In this document: piece by piece, positions 51,862 through 62,369 of the stretch | Layout: each line of letters starts with the position of its first letter | Position numbering within the stretch: position 1 is the first letter of the stretch | Assembly: GCA_051294375.1 (NCBI GenBank) | Contig: CM119266.1 | Location: 5,755,053 to 5,819,052 of the forward strand | DNA length: 64,000 bases | Source: Paraspadella gotoi | Taxonomy: Eukaryota > Animalia > Chaetognatha | Reading direction: 5' to 3' | Translations under genes and position numbers: made by a program | The notes under the pieces: model-generated | What the model saw: only the letters and a program-made list of their open reading frames with translations | The model's database searches: none | What the model was told of the DNA's origin: nothing

Positions 51862-52115
51862 GATTTGATGATGATTGTATTGATTGAGTTGATTGATTTG
51901 AGTTGATTGATGATTTGATTGAGTTTGATTTGTTTTTTTATCTTATCGATTCGATCGATTCGGATCGATCGATCGATTAGCCTAACTCCAACAACCCCTC
52001 TTTATTTTCTCTCCTTCCAGACGATTTTGGCGATTTGTTGAAATCCTCTTTCCTTCCTCTTTCGCGCGGCTCCATCCCTAATCCCCCTCTGAAGCATTTC
52101 TTCATTTCCCCCTAG
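17773..52115 (+). CDS. Irx: Iroquois-class TALE homeobox gene, 9 coding exons, ~704 aa
   Basis: Exons 17773-17847, 21499-21720, 21874-22038, 23674-23774, 32886-32998, 33439-33553, 34029-34162, 46445-47539, 52021-52115 join by GT-AG with matching phases (0,0,0,2,1,2,1,1). Homeodomain [41 protein letters not shown]..., acidic tract and IRO box [12 protein letters not shown]. Exon 6 carries indels and exon 8 spans a 10-N gap. Confidence 0.96.
18403..18540. repeat. (TTTA)n microsatellite
   Basis: Direct inspection. Confidence 0.95.
21499..21720 (+). CDS. Irx: Irx exon 2 (ILLPTAPP...GSCCDQ...QQLP)
   Basis: CCTTCAG acceptor, GTGAGT donor, 222 nt; CC-acidic motif as in IRX4 CCES. Confidence 0.85.
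21874..22038 (+). CDS. Irx: Irx exon 3 ([15 protein letters not shown]...SAFYPTM)
   Basis: TTTTCAG acceptor, GTAAGT donor; RLLA and SAFYP Irx N-terminal motifs. Confidence 0.9.
23674..23774 (+). CDS. Irx: Irx exon 4 (NPAYDLKEG...[13 protein letters not shown])
   Basis: TTTCCAG acceptor, GTAAGT donor, phase 0 to 2; YDLK and YPYD motifs. Confidence 0.92.
23838..24684. repeat. Short noisy inverted duplication (~23838-24155 versus ~24400-24684) around a 25-N gap
   Basis: GATCGCGTGCGCTGATTGGC versus GCCAATCAGCGCACGCGATC; TTTAAACATGTGATTT versus AAATCACATGTTTAAA. Confidence 0.88.
32886..32998 (+). CDS. Irx: Irx exon 5, homeodomain N-half ([37 protein letters not shown])
   Basis: Canonical Iroquois homeodomain sequence; TTCAG acceptor and GTAAGT donor, phase 2 to 1. 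Confidence 0.98.
33165..33353 (-). mobile_element. Dispersed repeat, copy C, in the intron splitting the Irx homeobox (mirrored at ~39003-39192)
   Basis: ATACCACTTCATTGATAGGGAAGCCAGGT...GTCCAAAGTCAG..CAAGATAGCT. Confidence 0.8.
33439..33553 (+). CDS. Irx: Irx exon 6, homeodomain helices 2-3 ([13 protein letters not shown][[26 protein letters not shown]]) with several indels as assembled
   Basis: 115 nt, exactly the expected length; codons for [17 protein letters not shown] and NKMT are visible but offset by 1-bp indels; CCAG acceptor and GTGAGT donor. Confidence 0.93.
34029..34162 (+). CDS. Irx: Irx exon 7, acidic region ([11 protein letters not shown]...DDISDI)
   Basis: CCCAG acceptor and GTGAGT donor, phase 2 to 1; post-homeodomain acidic tract typical of Irx. 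Confidence 0.92.
38192..39480 (-). pseudogene. Inverted, indel-ridden copy of Irx exons 5-7 (39480-39365, 38907-38789, ~38324-38192); probably an assembly artefact rather than a paralogue
   Basis: Reverse complement of 32886-34162 including introns; differences are mainly 1-bp indels. Confidence 0.85.
44585..44922. mobile_element. MITE-like element with imperfect TIRs, ~5 subterminal ~36-bp repeats and a CTAACCTAACC motif
   Basis: Left GGCGCTCTTTTCCCAGACTGCCCTATTT versus right AAACGGGGCGTTCTGGGAAAATAAGGCC; unit CTTTTCCCAGA(C/G)TG... repeated 44590-44770. Confidence 0.6.
46445..47539 (+). CDS. Irx: Irx exon 8 with IRO box ([16 protein letters not shown]), [11 protein letters not shown] motif and polyAla/Gln/His tracts
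   Basis: ORF 46528..47604; CCAG acceptor phase 1, GTAAGT donor at 47540; frame across the 10-N gap 47323-47332 is assumed. Confidence 0.93.
47657..47712 (+). mobile_element. Dispersed repeat, partial copy
   Basis: AAGCTATCTTGCCCCTAACTTTGGAC. Confidence 0.55.
48228..49440. repeat. Short noisy inverted duplication (~48228-48500 versus ~49250-49440) next to a 25-N gap
   Basis: TGTCTAACATTTC...CTCAAGTTTGCGTG...GAGGCTTATT versus AATAAGCCTCCACGCAAACTTTGAG...GAAATGTTAGACA. Confidence 0.8.
49520..49745. repeat. (TTTC)n degenerate microsatellite
   Basis: Direct inspection. Confidence 0.9.
52021..52115 (+). CDS. Irx: Irx putative terminal coding exon ([11 protein letters not shown]...FFISP*)
   Basis: Strong acceptor (CCTAAC branch-like sequence, long pyrimidine tract, CCAG at 52020); phase 1 matches; TAG at 52113-52115. 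No homology support. Confidence 0.55.
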
Positions 52116-55100
52116 GGAACTCTATCCACGCATCGACTCACGCCCCATACGCCCACCTCGGCCCATCTTCCACCATCCACCCTCATACCCACCATCCATT
52201 CCGATCTCTTCGTCTCCGCCATTGCCCATTGCGCGCCACCAAACCACCTTTACCCATTCCGACCACTCTTCGGGTCGACTCCCCATCCTGTTCGTGGGAG
52301 CGGTGGCGTTCTCAAACTGTGTCAAACCGTGTCATAACCCACGATCCGGGTCAACCATCATTTCCTCCAACCCGTCGGGCCTCTTCGGCCCACGAGGCTC
52401 TTTCGCCCACGGGCACGGGTGCACGGCTGGGCACGGCGGGCTTACGGGGGCACGCGTTGTTGGGCGGTTGCTCTGCTGGTCGACGCGGTCTGTTGAAAAA
52501 ATACAATTTCAAGGCGATGGCGTTTTTGCTTTTTTTTTTAGTAATATTCGGTTTTTTTTCTTCCTAGAAATTTTGTACATAAGAGAATAATGACACAAAA
52601 ATTGACTTGTTTCCCGCTCCCCTCCCCCTTCCCCCCGTTCCCCCGCTTCCTCCCTTCCCCCCTTCCCTTCCCCCTTTCCCGCCTTCCCCTTTGCCCCATC
52701 CCTTTTGCCCGAACTTATGGCGGGATTTTTTGATTTTTTATCTGCAAGCCGTTTTTTTTTCTTACTTATTGCATTCGATAACAAAAAGAATTAATTATTA
52801 AAAAAACACGACGTATGTTTTTTTCGTATTAAATCGAATGCGCAAAAAAAATAAAAATCATTAGACACGAATTAATAATATTATTATTACCATAATTACT
52901 TACGTTTTAGTTTTTTTATATTTTTCTGTTAAATTTCTTTGTTTTCTCTAGAGATTATCTTTGTAGCTTAAAACGGAAACAGTAAATTCGAAGGAAAAAT
53001 AAAACGTGAACAAAAACAAAATATTTTTTTCTTTAGAATTTTATTAATTTCGTTTTTTTGTTTTTTGATGATCGCTAGTTGAAAAAAACAAACAAACAAA
53101 CAAACAAACAACAACAATTTCGCTTTTTTTATTTTTCTCGATGTTTGTGTGTATTATTTTTTGCCATAATCAAAACAAAACGAATTTCGCCATAAATTAA
53201 AAAAAAATTACATAATAAAAAATTATAAAACAAAAGACTAGAAATCTATATTATTCCATCCAATTTATCAAAAAGATCGTTCGTGGAGATAGCGAGAACC
53301 GAGACAGAGATAGAGACAGAGAGATAGAGACAGAGAGACTCGAGGCTTCATAAATCCCACCCAAAAAGACATTACCTCAACTTACCCATGTTGGATCGAC
53401 TCGTTTTCTTCCAGATTCGACATCGCGATAAATCAGTCGAAATCACGAGATAAATCTGTCGAAGTTACGAAACTAACGACTTCTTTCCGATTCATTTCGC
53501 CGGAGATAATAAACACGAGTTCGTTGTTGTTATCATCTCGTCGTTGTTGTCGTCGTCGTTGTTATCGTCATCTTCTTACTCTTGTTTCTACGAGGCTTTA
53601 AAAAAGAATAAAATCTAAACAACAAATCGAAAATGTAGACTTGACTCTCTCTCTCTCTCTCTCTCTCTTTGTCCCGTCTGTGTCAATCATCGGCTGCGCT
53701 CGGCACTTTATCCGTTACAACATCCTTTACGGCGAAGCCTCATTACGGCGAAGTCTCTCTTTACGGCGAAGCCTCATTACGGCGAAGACATTAACGTCGA
53801 CGTCTTCGTCGCAAAAGTTTGAAAAACCAAATTTCGTCGTAAAAGTTTCATCAGCAAATTAAGGGTTGGATTACAGATCGACCGATATATTGAAGACTTT
53901 TCGGAAAGAGAGGCATATACTTGAACTTCGCGGACCCAATTTTGTACTTATTGTTTTCGCCCGGCTGCCGGCTATTGTTCTCGCTCCGTGGTCCGCGGCT
54001 CAGGTCGCCGGAACACTGACCCGAACGCTGACCGCCCGACGGGTCTATTCTCGCTCTCTTCTGCTTCTCTTTCTCCCCTCTCGCGCGGGCACTCGGGCTT
54101 TAATATGCAGAGTCCGCGATACGACGGAGCTGAAAGTCGCGGATCGAGAGTCGGAGACCTCTTTTCTGCTCATTCCTTTAATTAAAAAAATAATGAAAGA
54201 TAAAAAAGAAAATAAAAAAAAAATTAGCAAAAAAAATAAAAAAGCAAGGAAAAGAAAAAAAAAAGACAGAAAGAAAAGAAAGAAAAAAAATCACTTCAAA
54301 TTAACAAATTGATTGGCGCTGAAGAAGAAGAGACTCGTAATGTGAGTCGAAACATGTCCGTTCATTATGAAATAAAATCGTTGTTGTAATTCTTTTAAAA
54401 ACATTTCTCTAAATGCAATTCACATTGAAAACAGAAAGGAAAACACAATAAGAACAAAAGAGGAAAAAAAATATCAGGTTTGTATTAAACCAAGTTTGAG
54501 CAATAATGTCGGATCAATGTAATCAGCTAAATAAATAAAATAAATAAATACTAAAGTAAAAATAATTACAATATAAAGTGAAAATAATTTTTTTAACTAT
54601 TATTATTTTTTCGCACTTGTATTTGTTTTTTCAACTTTGTTTAAAATGACAATATTAAAACCGTGGAATGAACTTTTTTTAAAAATTGACATTTAGGTAA
54701 TCAAATTAAATTTCATAGAATTAAATCATTTGAATGTTAAAGTGATTGAAAAAAAAAGGTTTTTGTTTGCAGTATTTAAATTTAAATTTATAATTAGATG
54801 AATTGTACAAAAGTCATTTATTAGTAAAAGGAAAGTGTTGTAAGGAGAGAATCACTAAGGCCCAACACCTTGACAACTTGCTGGTTCATGTTTAATTCGT
54901 TAGTAGCTTTAAAATTCAACAAAAAGGCCAGAAAGTTTTTCCACTTATTTTTATCAATGGTAGTTATTAGTTTTTAAATAGTGTTTAATTTTGGTGTGTA
55001 TTTTAACTTTCTCTCTTGTCCATTTGTTTGTAAATAAATTTTTCTTTTTTTATTTTCCTTTATTTATCAGAAATCTAACCATAAAATTAAATCACTAAAA

Positions 55101-55926
55101 CTTTCAGCATGTCTTTGAGTGTACTTGCAGGTAAAAAAAGATTTTTTTTTAAAAAAATTCACTTTTTAATGCTTTTATTGTTGCGATGCAAATTAAGCAA
55201 TATTAGTAATAAAAGGATAAATTTTTTTTAAACCAATCCCTAACTTTTTTTGATAGATTCTGAATAGAGATAAAAAAGCCTAAATAAAAAAAAATATAAC
55301 TACAACTTTCAACAAAATTTGTTTTCTTGGTCAAAATTAAGAAAAAGTGAAACTATCAAAAGATGATGAATGATTATAAATATTTTTTCATATTTTTTGA
55401 AACATTATTTTCGGACATGTTTTGGCTTCAGTGGCAAAAACGAATTGACTTTTTTGTTTTTTTAAGTTATTTATTTTTAAATTTTTTTTTTTTCATTTTT
55501 CCATCAATTTACTATAATAAATTTTTTTTAAAAATTATAAATCGTTGTCTCAAAAACAAACGAAAAGAAAAAGCAATTATCCAAAAAATAAGTAAAAACT
55601 AAAAGAAAGTCTTCCGTCCGCCCCCGACCCCCCCCCGATTCCTTTTTTTCCCCCCCGGGAAAAAAAAATATCGGTCCCTTTAAATTGAAAAAATCGCGAT
55701 TTCTCTCCGGATCAGAAGATTATTTTCTGCTCGATCCGCGACCTCGAGTCCCGGCGGCAAAGATTGGCCGAGGCCGATGTGGTCCGGCCATGGTGGACAA
55801 AAGGCTCGGTGGCCGGACATCGTGGCTCCTCGCCGCGGAATCTCGAGTATCAGCCATGGCGCGAAGAATGAGACTCTCTCTCATCTCTCTCTCGCGCTCT
55901 GTCTCTCTCTCTCTCTTTCTCTCTCT

Positions 55927-55962
<36 letters not shown>

Positions 55963-56073
55963 GTCGTTCTTCTCTTTCTTCTCTCTCCTTCTTTCTCTCT
56001 CCTCTCTCTCATCTCTCTTCTCTCTTCTCTTCTTCTCTCCTCTTTCTCTCGCTCTTCTTTTCTTTTCTCTCCC

Positions 56074-56149
<76 letters not shown>

Positions 56150-56471
56150 AAAAAACGATATTAACATAATGAATTCAAAGACAAGTAACGCAATTGGTCC
56201 CGATTTCGGACGGGCAATACAAAATTAATGGGGGTTAAAGATAACTCTACTTCGTTATCCTTAAGTTTTAATAATAAACTGAAAGCTTAGTTAGTTATTC
56301 AATTCCAAGATAAGTGTATGCATTATTATTATTGTTGTTATAATTAATGTTTGAAATCTTAGATGGAAATTTCTCGACTGAAATTCCATCCAAAAATCTC
56401 GGGTTCGATCAAAACTGCGAAAAGTCGTGTTTGGAACAAAACTGTTTACGTGTGGCGATTTGCAATAAAGT

Positions 56472-56531
<60 letters not shown>

Positions 56532-57066
56532 CCGGATAAAATAAAGAAAAGTAGTTGTCAATAGAATTTATGATTTCGTCGTCGTCGTCGTCGTCGTCGT
56601 CGTCATCTTTTTCCGTCTCGATTTCTTCATCGGAACCGAATCAATTTCTGTTCGCATGTTTTCTATGGTTCTGAGTCTGATTTGTTACAATTAAAACAAC
56701 CCTAATAAGACATATTAAACGAAATGCAATTTAGTTATTATAGTAATTACAAAGTGCCGTACTCCTGTGTCTTTTTTGTGCTCAAGCGAGCTTAAACAAA
56801 AACAGATGACGGACTTGATTGATTGAATGTTTGATTGATTGAATGTTTGATTGATTGAATAATTAATTGAATTATTGATTGAATAATTGAATGATTGATT
56901 TTTTCATTTATTCATACCTTAAATAATTCATTTGTTTATTCATTAATTTAGTAATTCATGGATTTATTCATTAATAAATCCATTAACTCATTTATTGTTG
57001 GCTTACAACAAAACCAAAAGCGCGCTGCATTGAGATGGAGACGCCGTTCCTTCAAATCATTGACAT

Positions 57067-57099
<33 letters not shown>

Positions 57100-57104
<5 letters not shown>

Positions 57105-57690
57105 TTTTTCTGTTGGTTTTTTTTTTTTTTTTCTATTTTCTCCTGTTTCTTTTTTTTCTTTTTATTCCGTTTCTCGAGTTTTCCGGAATTTGGGCCGCGG
57201 AAACGAAACACGACCGTACCTGAACGACGACGACCAAAAATAAACACGGCGAAAACGAAAAAAAGCGAATTACACAAGCCAAGAAAACAAGAAAGCTTGT
57301 TAATTGAACGGCAAAAAAACCAAATCCAGAAAAAGACGCATGAGAGAGGCGGAGGAGAAGAAGGAGAGGGAATGAGATAGAGAAGAGAGAGGAGGGACGA
57401 GAGAGGGAGAAGAGAGAAAGAGGAGAAGAAAAGAGAGAGAGCAGGAAGAGAGGAGGGAGTGAGGGCAGAGAACGAANNNNNNNNNNNNNNNNNNNNNNNN
57501 NGTCTCCTGATTTGTTTGCTTCATTAACAAGCTTCTTGTTTTCTTGCTTGTATTCGCTTTTCGTTTCGCGTGTTTATGGGTCGTCGTCGTCGTCGTCGTC
57601 GTTTCGTCCGCGGCCCAAATTCGGAAACTCGAGAAGGGAAATAAAAAGAAAAAAGAAAACAGGAGAAAATAAAAGAAAAAAACAGAAAAA
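57100..57690. repeat. Short noisy inverted duplication (~57100-57338 versus 57502-~57690) around a 25-N gap
   Basis: GAATTTGGGCCGCGGA versus TCCGCGGCCCAAATTC; CAAGAAAACAAGAAAGCTTGTTAAT versus ATTAACAAGCTTCTTGTTTTCTTG. Confidence 0.85.
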
Positions 57691-59147
57691 CCTTTTGTTT
57701 TTTTTTCCTGTTTTTTTTTTTAAGGGGAGAGAAGAATTAAGTCCGGTTTAAGATTTCAGAAAAATAAGGTTGTTATTTTTTTTTCTTTTTTTTTTTAGGG
57801 TCAAATGATACATGTTTATGGCTTTGTTAGGTCAATTATTTCCATATCGTAAATGTAATGTTTTAATTGTTGACGATTCAGAAATCAATCCCCTTTGTAA
57901 ATTAATGGTGAGGTCCTAAAATTGAAAGAATATGCAACTTCTTCAGTCTATTTTTTTAATGTAGAGTCTCTCTCATCTAATCCTCCCCTAAAAATCGACA
58001 TGATTGATCTTCAGGCAAAATAAGTAATGCCATTTGGTCATTGTTATCGTAATCTCGCCAGTTGACATCACCCAGTTACCATTTCCTCAGTTACCATGAC
58101 GACAGCGTCTTCGCATTTTTGTTTATCAAATCGATCGCTTCGTCCTTCCGCGATCTTAATTCTGACTCGTTGACTGACGAAAAGTCGAAAATTAATTCGA
58201 AGAGAAAAGAATAAAATAATTCGAGCGAAAAATTAAAAAGAACAAATGAACATCCGGGAAGTTATGAGACTAAATTTATACTTTTTTTCTGTATTTTATA
58301 AATTTTTCAAATAATCATATATTTTTTTTTTTTGAGAGAATAAAAGCAAAGAGTATTAACATTTCTTTTATTAATTTTTTTCATGTATTATTTCTACCTG
58401 ACGGGAATGTTAACCCCTAAAGCAATAGCGAACCAAATGTAAAAACCCAGCGCCTGAAAATAGACAGACCAACCGACCAAAAACTCTGCCACCTCTCGAC
58501 GCCTCGACTCAAACAAAAAAACAAAAAGGCATCGAAGACATAAATCGATTCTAGTTTTTCGAGCCGCGATTTTACAAATCAGAATTTCTCGCTTGGCTTC
58601 ACCAGAGGTCGTAAGGATCGAGGGAGACGCAACACGCGATCTAGCGGTCGAATTTTGAATTAGGATGAGATTTGACACTGAGGAAGGAGATTGAGTAAGG
58701 GTTTTAAATAGAATTAAATAATATTCTTTTATAATTTAATTCATTTTTTCACTTCAAACTTGAAAATAGTCGAGATTCCGTCTGGTATGCTATGAATAAA
58801 GGTCAATATTATCGTTATCTTCCAGAATTCCTCAACAATTACATTAAGTAGATGATATAAGCTTTTCGAATGTATTAATAACGTTGAAAGGCTTTAAGAT
58901 ATTGTCACCAGTACTTTTGGCAAGAAAAATTGCCAGCTTAAAATCTGACAAGACCTCTAAATGAAATTAATAAATAAATAAATATATAAAACTCACCAAA
59001 ATAAACGTATTAAAACTGGGGCAGCAGGTTTCCGATTTTTAAATCTACTTTCATTGATTAAGATATGATTTAGCTGCAGGAAAGAGAAAAATGAATGTGG
59101 CAACACAATTTAGAAAATATTTGTTCTCTTTCTCTCTTTTTGTAGGT

Positions 59148-59184
<37 letters not shown>

Positions 59185-59542
59185 NNNNNNNNNNNNNNNN
59201 NNNNNNNNNNNNNNNNNNNNNNNNNNNNNNNNNNNNNNNNNNNNNNNNNNNNNNNNNNNNNNNNNNNNNNNNNNNNNNNNNNNNNNNNNNNNNNNNNNNN
59301 NNNNNNNNNNNNNNNNNNNNNNNNNNNNNNNNNNNNNNNNNNNNNNNNNNNNNNNNNNNNNNNNNNNNNNNNNNNNNNNNNNNNNNNNNNNNNNNNNNNN
59401 NNNNNNNNNNNNNNNNNNNNNNNNNNNNNNNNNNNNNNNNNNNNNNNNNNNNATTACGACGTCCGTTTCGTCCTGAGAAATAAATCAAATTTTCTTTTCA
59501 TGAATTCGAATTTACGATATTCCGACGAGGTCTTCATTTCAT

Positions 59543-59576
<34 letters not shown>

Positions 59577-60256
59577 ACCTCGGAGGCATAAAAAGGTATA
59601 ATTGTTCTTATGACTTCGATTGTAAATACAAACTATGAAAACGACGACGACGACGACGACGACAAAAGAGAGAGAATAAAAAAATGGATTAAAACCTTTT
59701 TTTTTCTGGTTTTGATTCTTCAAAAAAAAAAAAAANNNNNNNNNNNNNNNNNNNNNNNNNNNNNNNNNNNNNNNNNNNNNNNNNNNNNNNNNNNNNNNNN
59801 NNNNNNNNNNNNNNNNNNNNNNNNNNNNNNNNNNNNNNNNNNNNNNNNNNNNNNNNNNNNNNNNNNNNNNNNNNNNNNNNNNNNNNNNNNNNNNNNNNNN
59901 NNNNNNNNNNNNNNNNNNNNNNNNNNGAGAGCCGACCGACTGAGAGCAATAATACCAGGTCGACTCCGTTTTTCAATAAATGGTTGTGCTGTCTTACCAC
60001 GCGTTCGACATTCCTTCGCCAGGCGGCGCAAATGTCGGCCTCGATTTTTCCGCCGGCGTCTTTCTCGATTTCAAATATCGAGCGGCGCTTTTTTTTGAAA
60101 CGTGCAATCGGCCAGGCGTCAGATCCGCCTCTTGACCGCCAGAGGCGCCGAGGAAACATGGGTGTGCGTCCGAAAAAAAATTAGGGGAAGGTGTTAAAAA
60201 TCTTCGGGGACAGAATCGAATCAAAATTTAATCAAAAGTACGTTTAAATAATAGAT

Positions 60257-60307
60257 TTAGAAGACACCTAATATGTTATTTTGGTTTCTTTGCTCAAACG
60301 ACAGTTT

Positions 60308-60346
<39 letters not shown>

Positions 60347-60384
60347 GCTTTCTTCGTCACCGATTTCAATCAAGTCTTTCCGAT
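60257..60384 (-). CDS. FAM187A-like terminal exon (DRKDLIEIGDEES-polyD-EKLSFEQRNQNNILGVF*)
   Basis: TTTCAG acceptor phase 1; TAA at 60259-60257. Confidence 0.55.
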
Positions 60385-62311
60385 CTGAAATATAAAAGAC
60401 CAAGAAATACCCTTGGATTGGAAATCAGTTTAATACAACTAAAAATCATCCATTCTTATGCTAAACAAACTATTCTCCTGACATTGGACAAGTGACGATG
60501 GGTTTAGGCATGTGAACAAGATATCGACACCTCGCAAGCTTTCAACCAAGATTCTCTGTCTAATTGATTAACTCTCAGATTTCTTATCTTGCCTATCGGA
60601 GAAGTGGTAAAATATTTTTTACCTGTTAAATTTAAATATCGACATTCGACAAATTGCCCACTAAAAAAAACATCAATTGCTTTAAAAATGAACAAAAACA
60701 ACAACGAAAACGACAAAACAACAACAACAACTATCACCTTCCTCTTCTCTCCTCTTCCTCCTCCCCCTTCTCTTCATCATCTTCCTCATCCTCCTCGCTC
60801 CTTTGGCGGCGCCGCTCGTTTGACGCTGACGATGTTTCACCTTCGAGAGAAATGTCATTATCATTATTATCACCGTCGTTATCACAATCATCATCACTTA
60901 CTATCATGAGGCTGAGAAAAATGATGAGGTTCGCGATAAAACTGAGGCCCAAATAAGAGAGGTATGGCCTGGGGAGAAATATCTATGATAAGAATATTGT
61001 AAGAGATTGTATTTAAAACATTGTTTGAGCACTTAGCTTTAACCGAAGCTATACAACTTACAGTATATTTCACTAGGCAAAGCCATTTCGCTATCAAAAG
61101 GCCGTAGAAAATAGGTACAACAAAAAGTTCGACGAAAAGCAACCAAACCACATCTAAACCACAATTGTACCACAACTCGCCACCACAATCATATGCAGTC
61201 CTCTAAGTCATAAATGCCCACAATCCTCACCTCCACTCGAATCAAATTTAATTCAATTTCATTTAATAATAGATTAGGAAGACACTTTATGTAATTTTGT
61301 TTCTTTGTTAAACGACAGTTTCGTCGTCGTCATCGTCGTCATGTTCGTCGTCATCTTCGTCGTCATCGTCGTTCGCCACCACAATCATGTGCAGTCCTTT
61401 AAGTCATAAATGCCCACAATCCTCACCTCCACTCCACAGGCAGGGGCCTCTCCACAACAACCACAGTCCACACAACAACCGCCTTCTCGAAGACGTCGAG
61501 ACACTTGAAGACTCCGGCGTCGCCGCGGACGAGGTGTTGGAGGTGGAGAGTCCCGCGGGTGTCGATGAAGACTCGGCCTGTTGAATAGATAATTTACAGA
61601 TTAATAAGTTAATTAATTATCACTGAGCCAATCCCTCGGTTTACCTCCCGACACTTACCCCCCCACCCTCGAACTTACCCTCCTCAGTCGGTCGCCCTTC
61701 GATCGCTTGACTCTTGTTGAACCAAAAGACTTTTTCTCCGAGTCGAGCGCCGACGCAAGGAAGAGCGGCTGGGTCCGACTCGTTCTTGACCAGGCGGCGC
61801 TGAGGGTAAGGAAAGCTGAGAGGGTCAGGTCGATTGAAAATTGTTAAGGGAAAAAAAAGAAAAAAAATCTTGGGAGCAGGAATAACTGCTTTAACTTCTG
61901 CCCGGAAACTTTCTGTCAAATTTGACGCGTTTTGCAAAACCCGAACTCCAGATTTGCTGCCAAAACCCGAACGGTAGATTCGCTGCCAAAACCCCCCAAC
62001 TGTAGATTCGCTGCTAAAGTCCGAACTGTAAATCCGCTGCCAAAAGCCGAACTGTAGATTTGCTGCCAAAAATAAAACCTTCTTCGTGAGTTCTGGACGC
62101 AAATATCCTTCGCTGATGAGAAAATCTTTGAAGTTAAAATGCGGGGATTTGTCGTCGACTTTTCCTAAAAAACCAAATATATGGAAGGGGAGATGGGAAA
62201 TTTTAAAATTACTTTAAAATAGAAAGTTTGTAGATAAACTCATCGTTTATTTACAAGGTTTTTTGTTCATATTTATCATTTGCTACAATCAATTCTCGAC
62301 TGAAAATAAAC

Positions 62312-62369
<58 letters not shown>

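Noticed and set aside
60734-60901. Read-through acidic tail after the TM exon (VSDDDCDND...)
   Set aside because: A consensus GTAAGT donor and a spliced basic juxtamembrane segment fit better, although a retained-intron isoform is not excluded.
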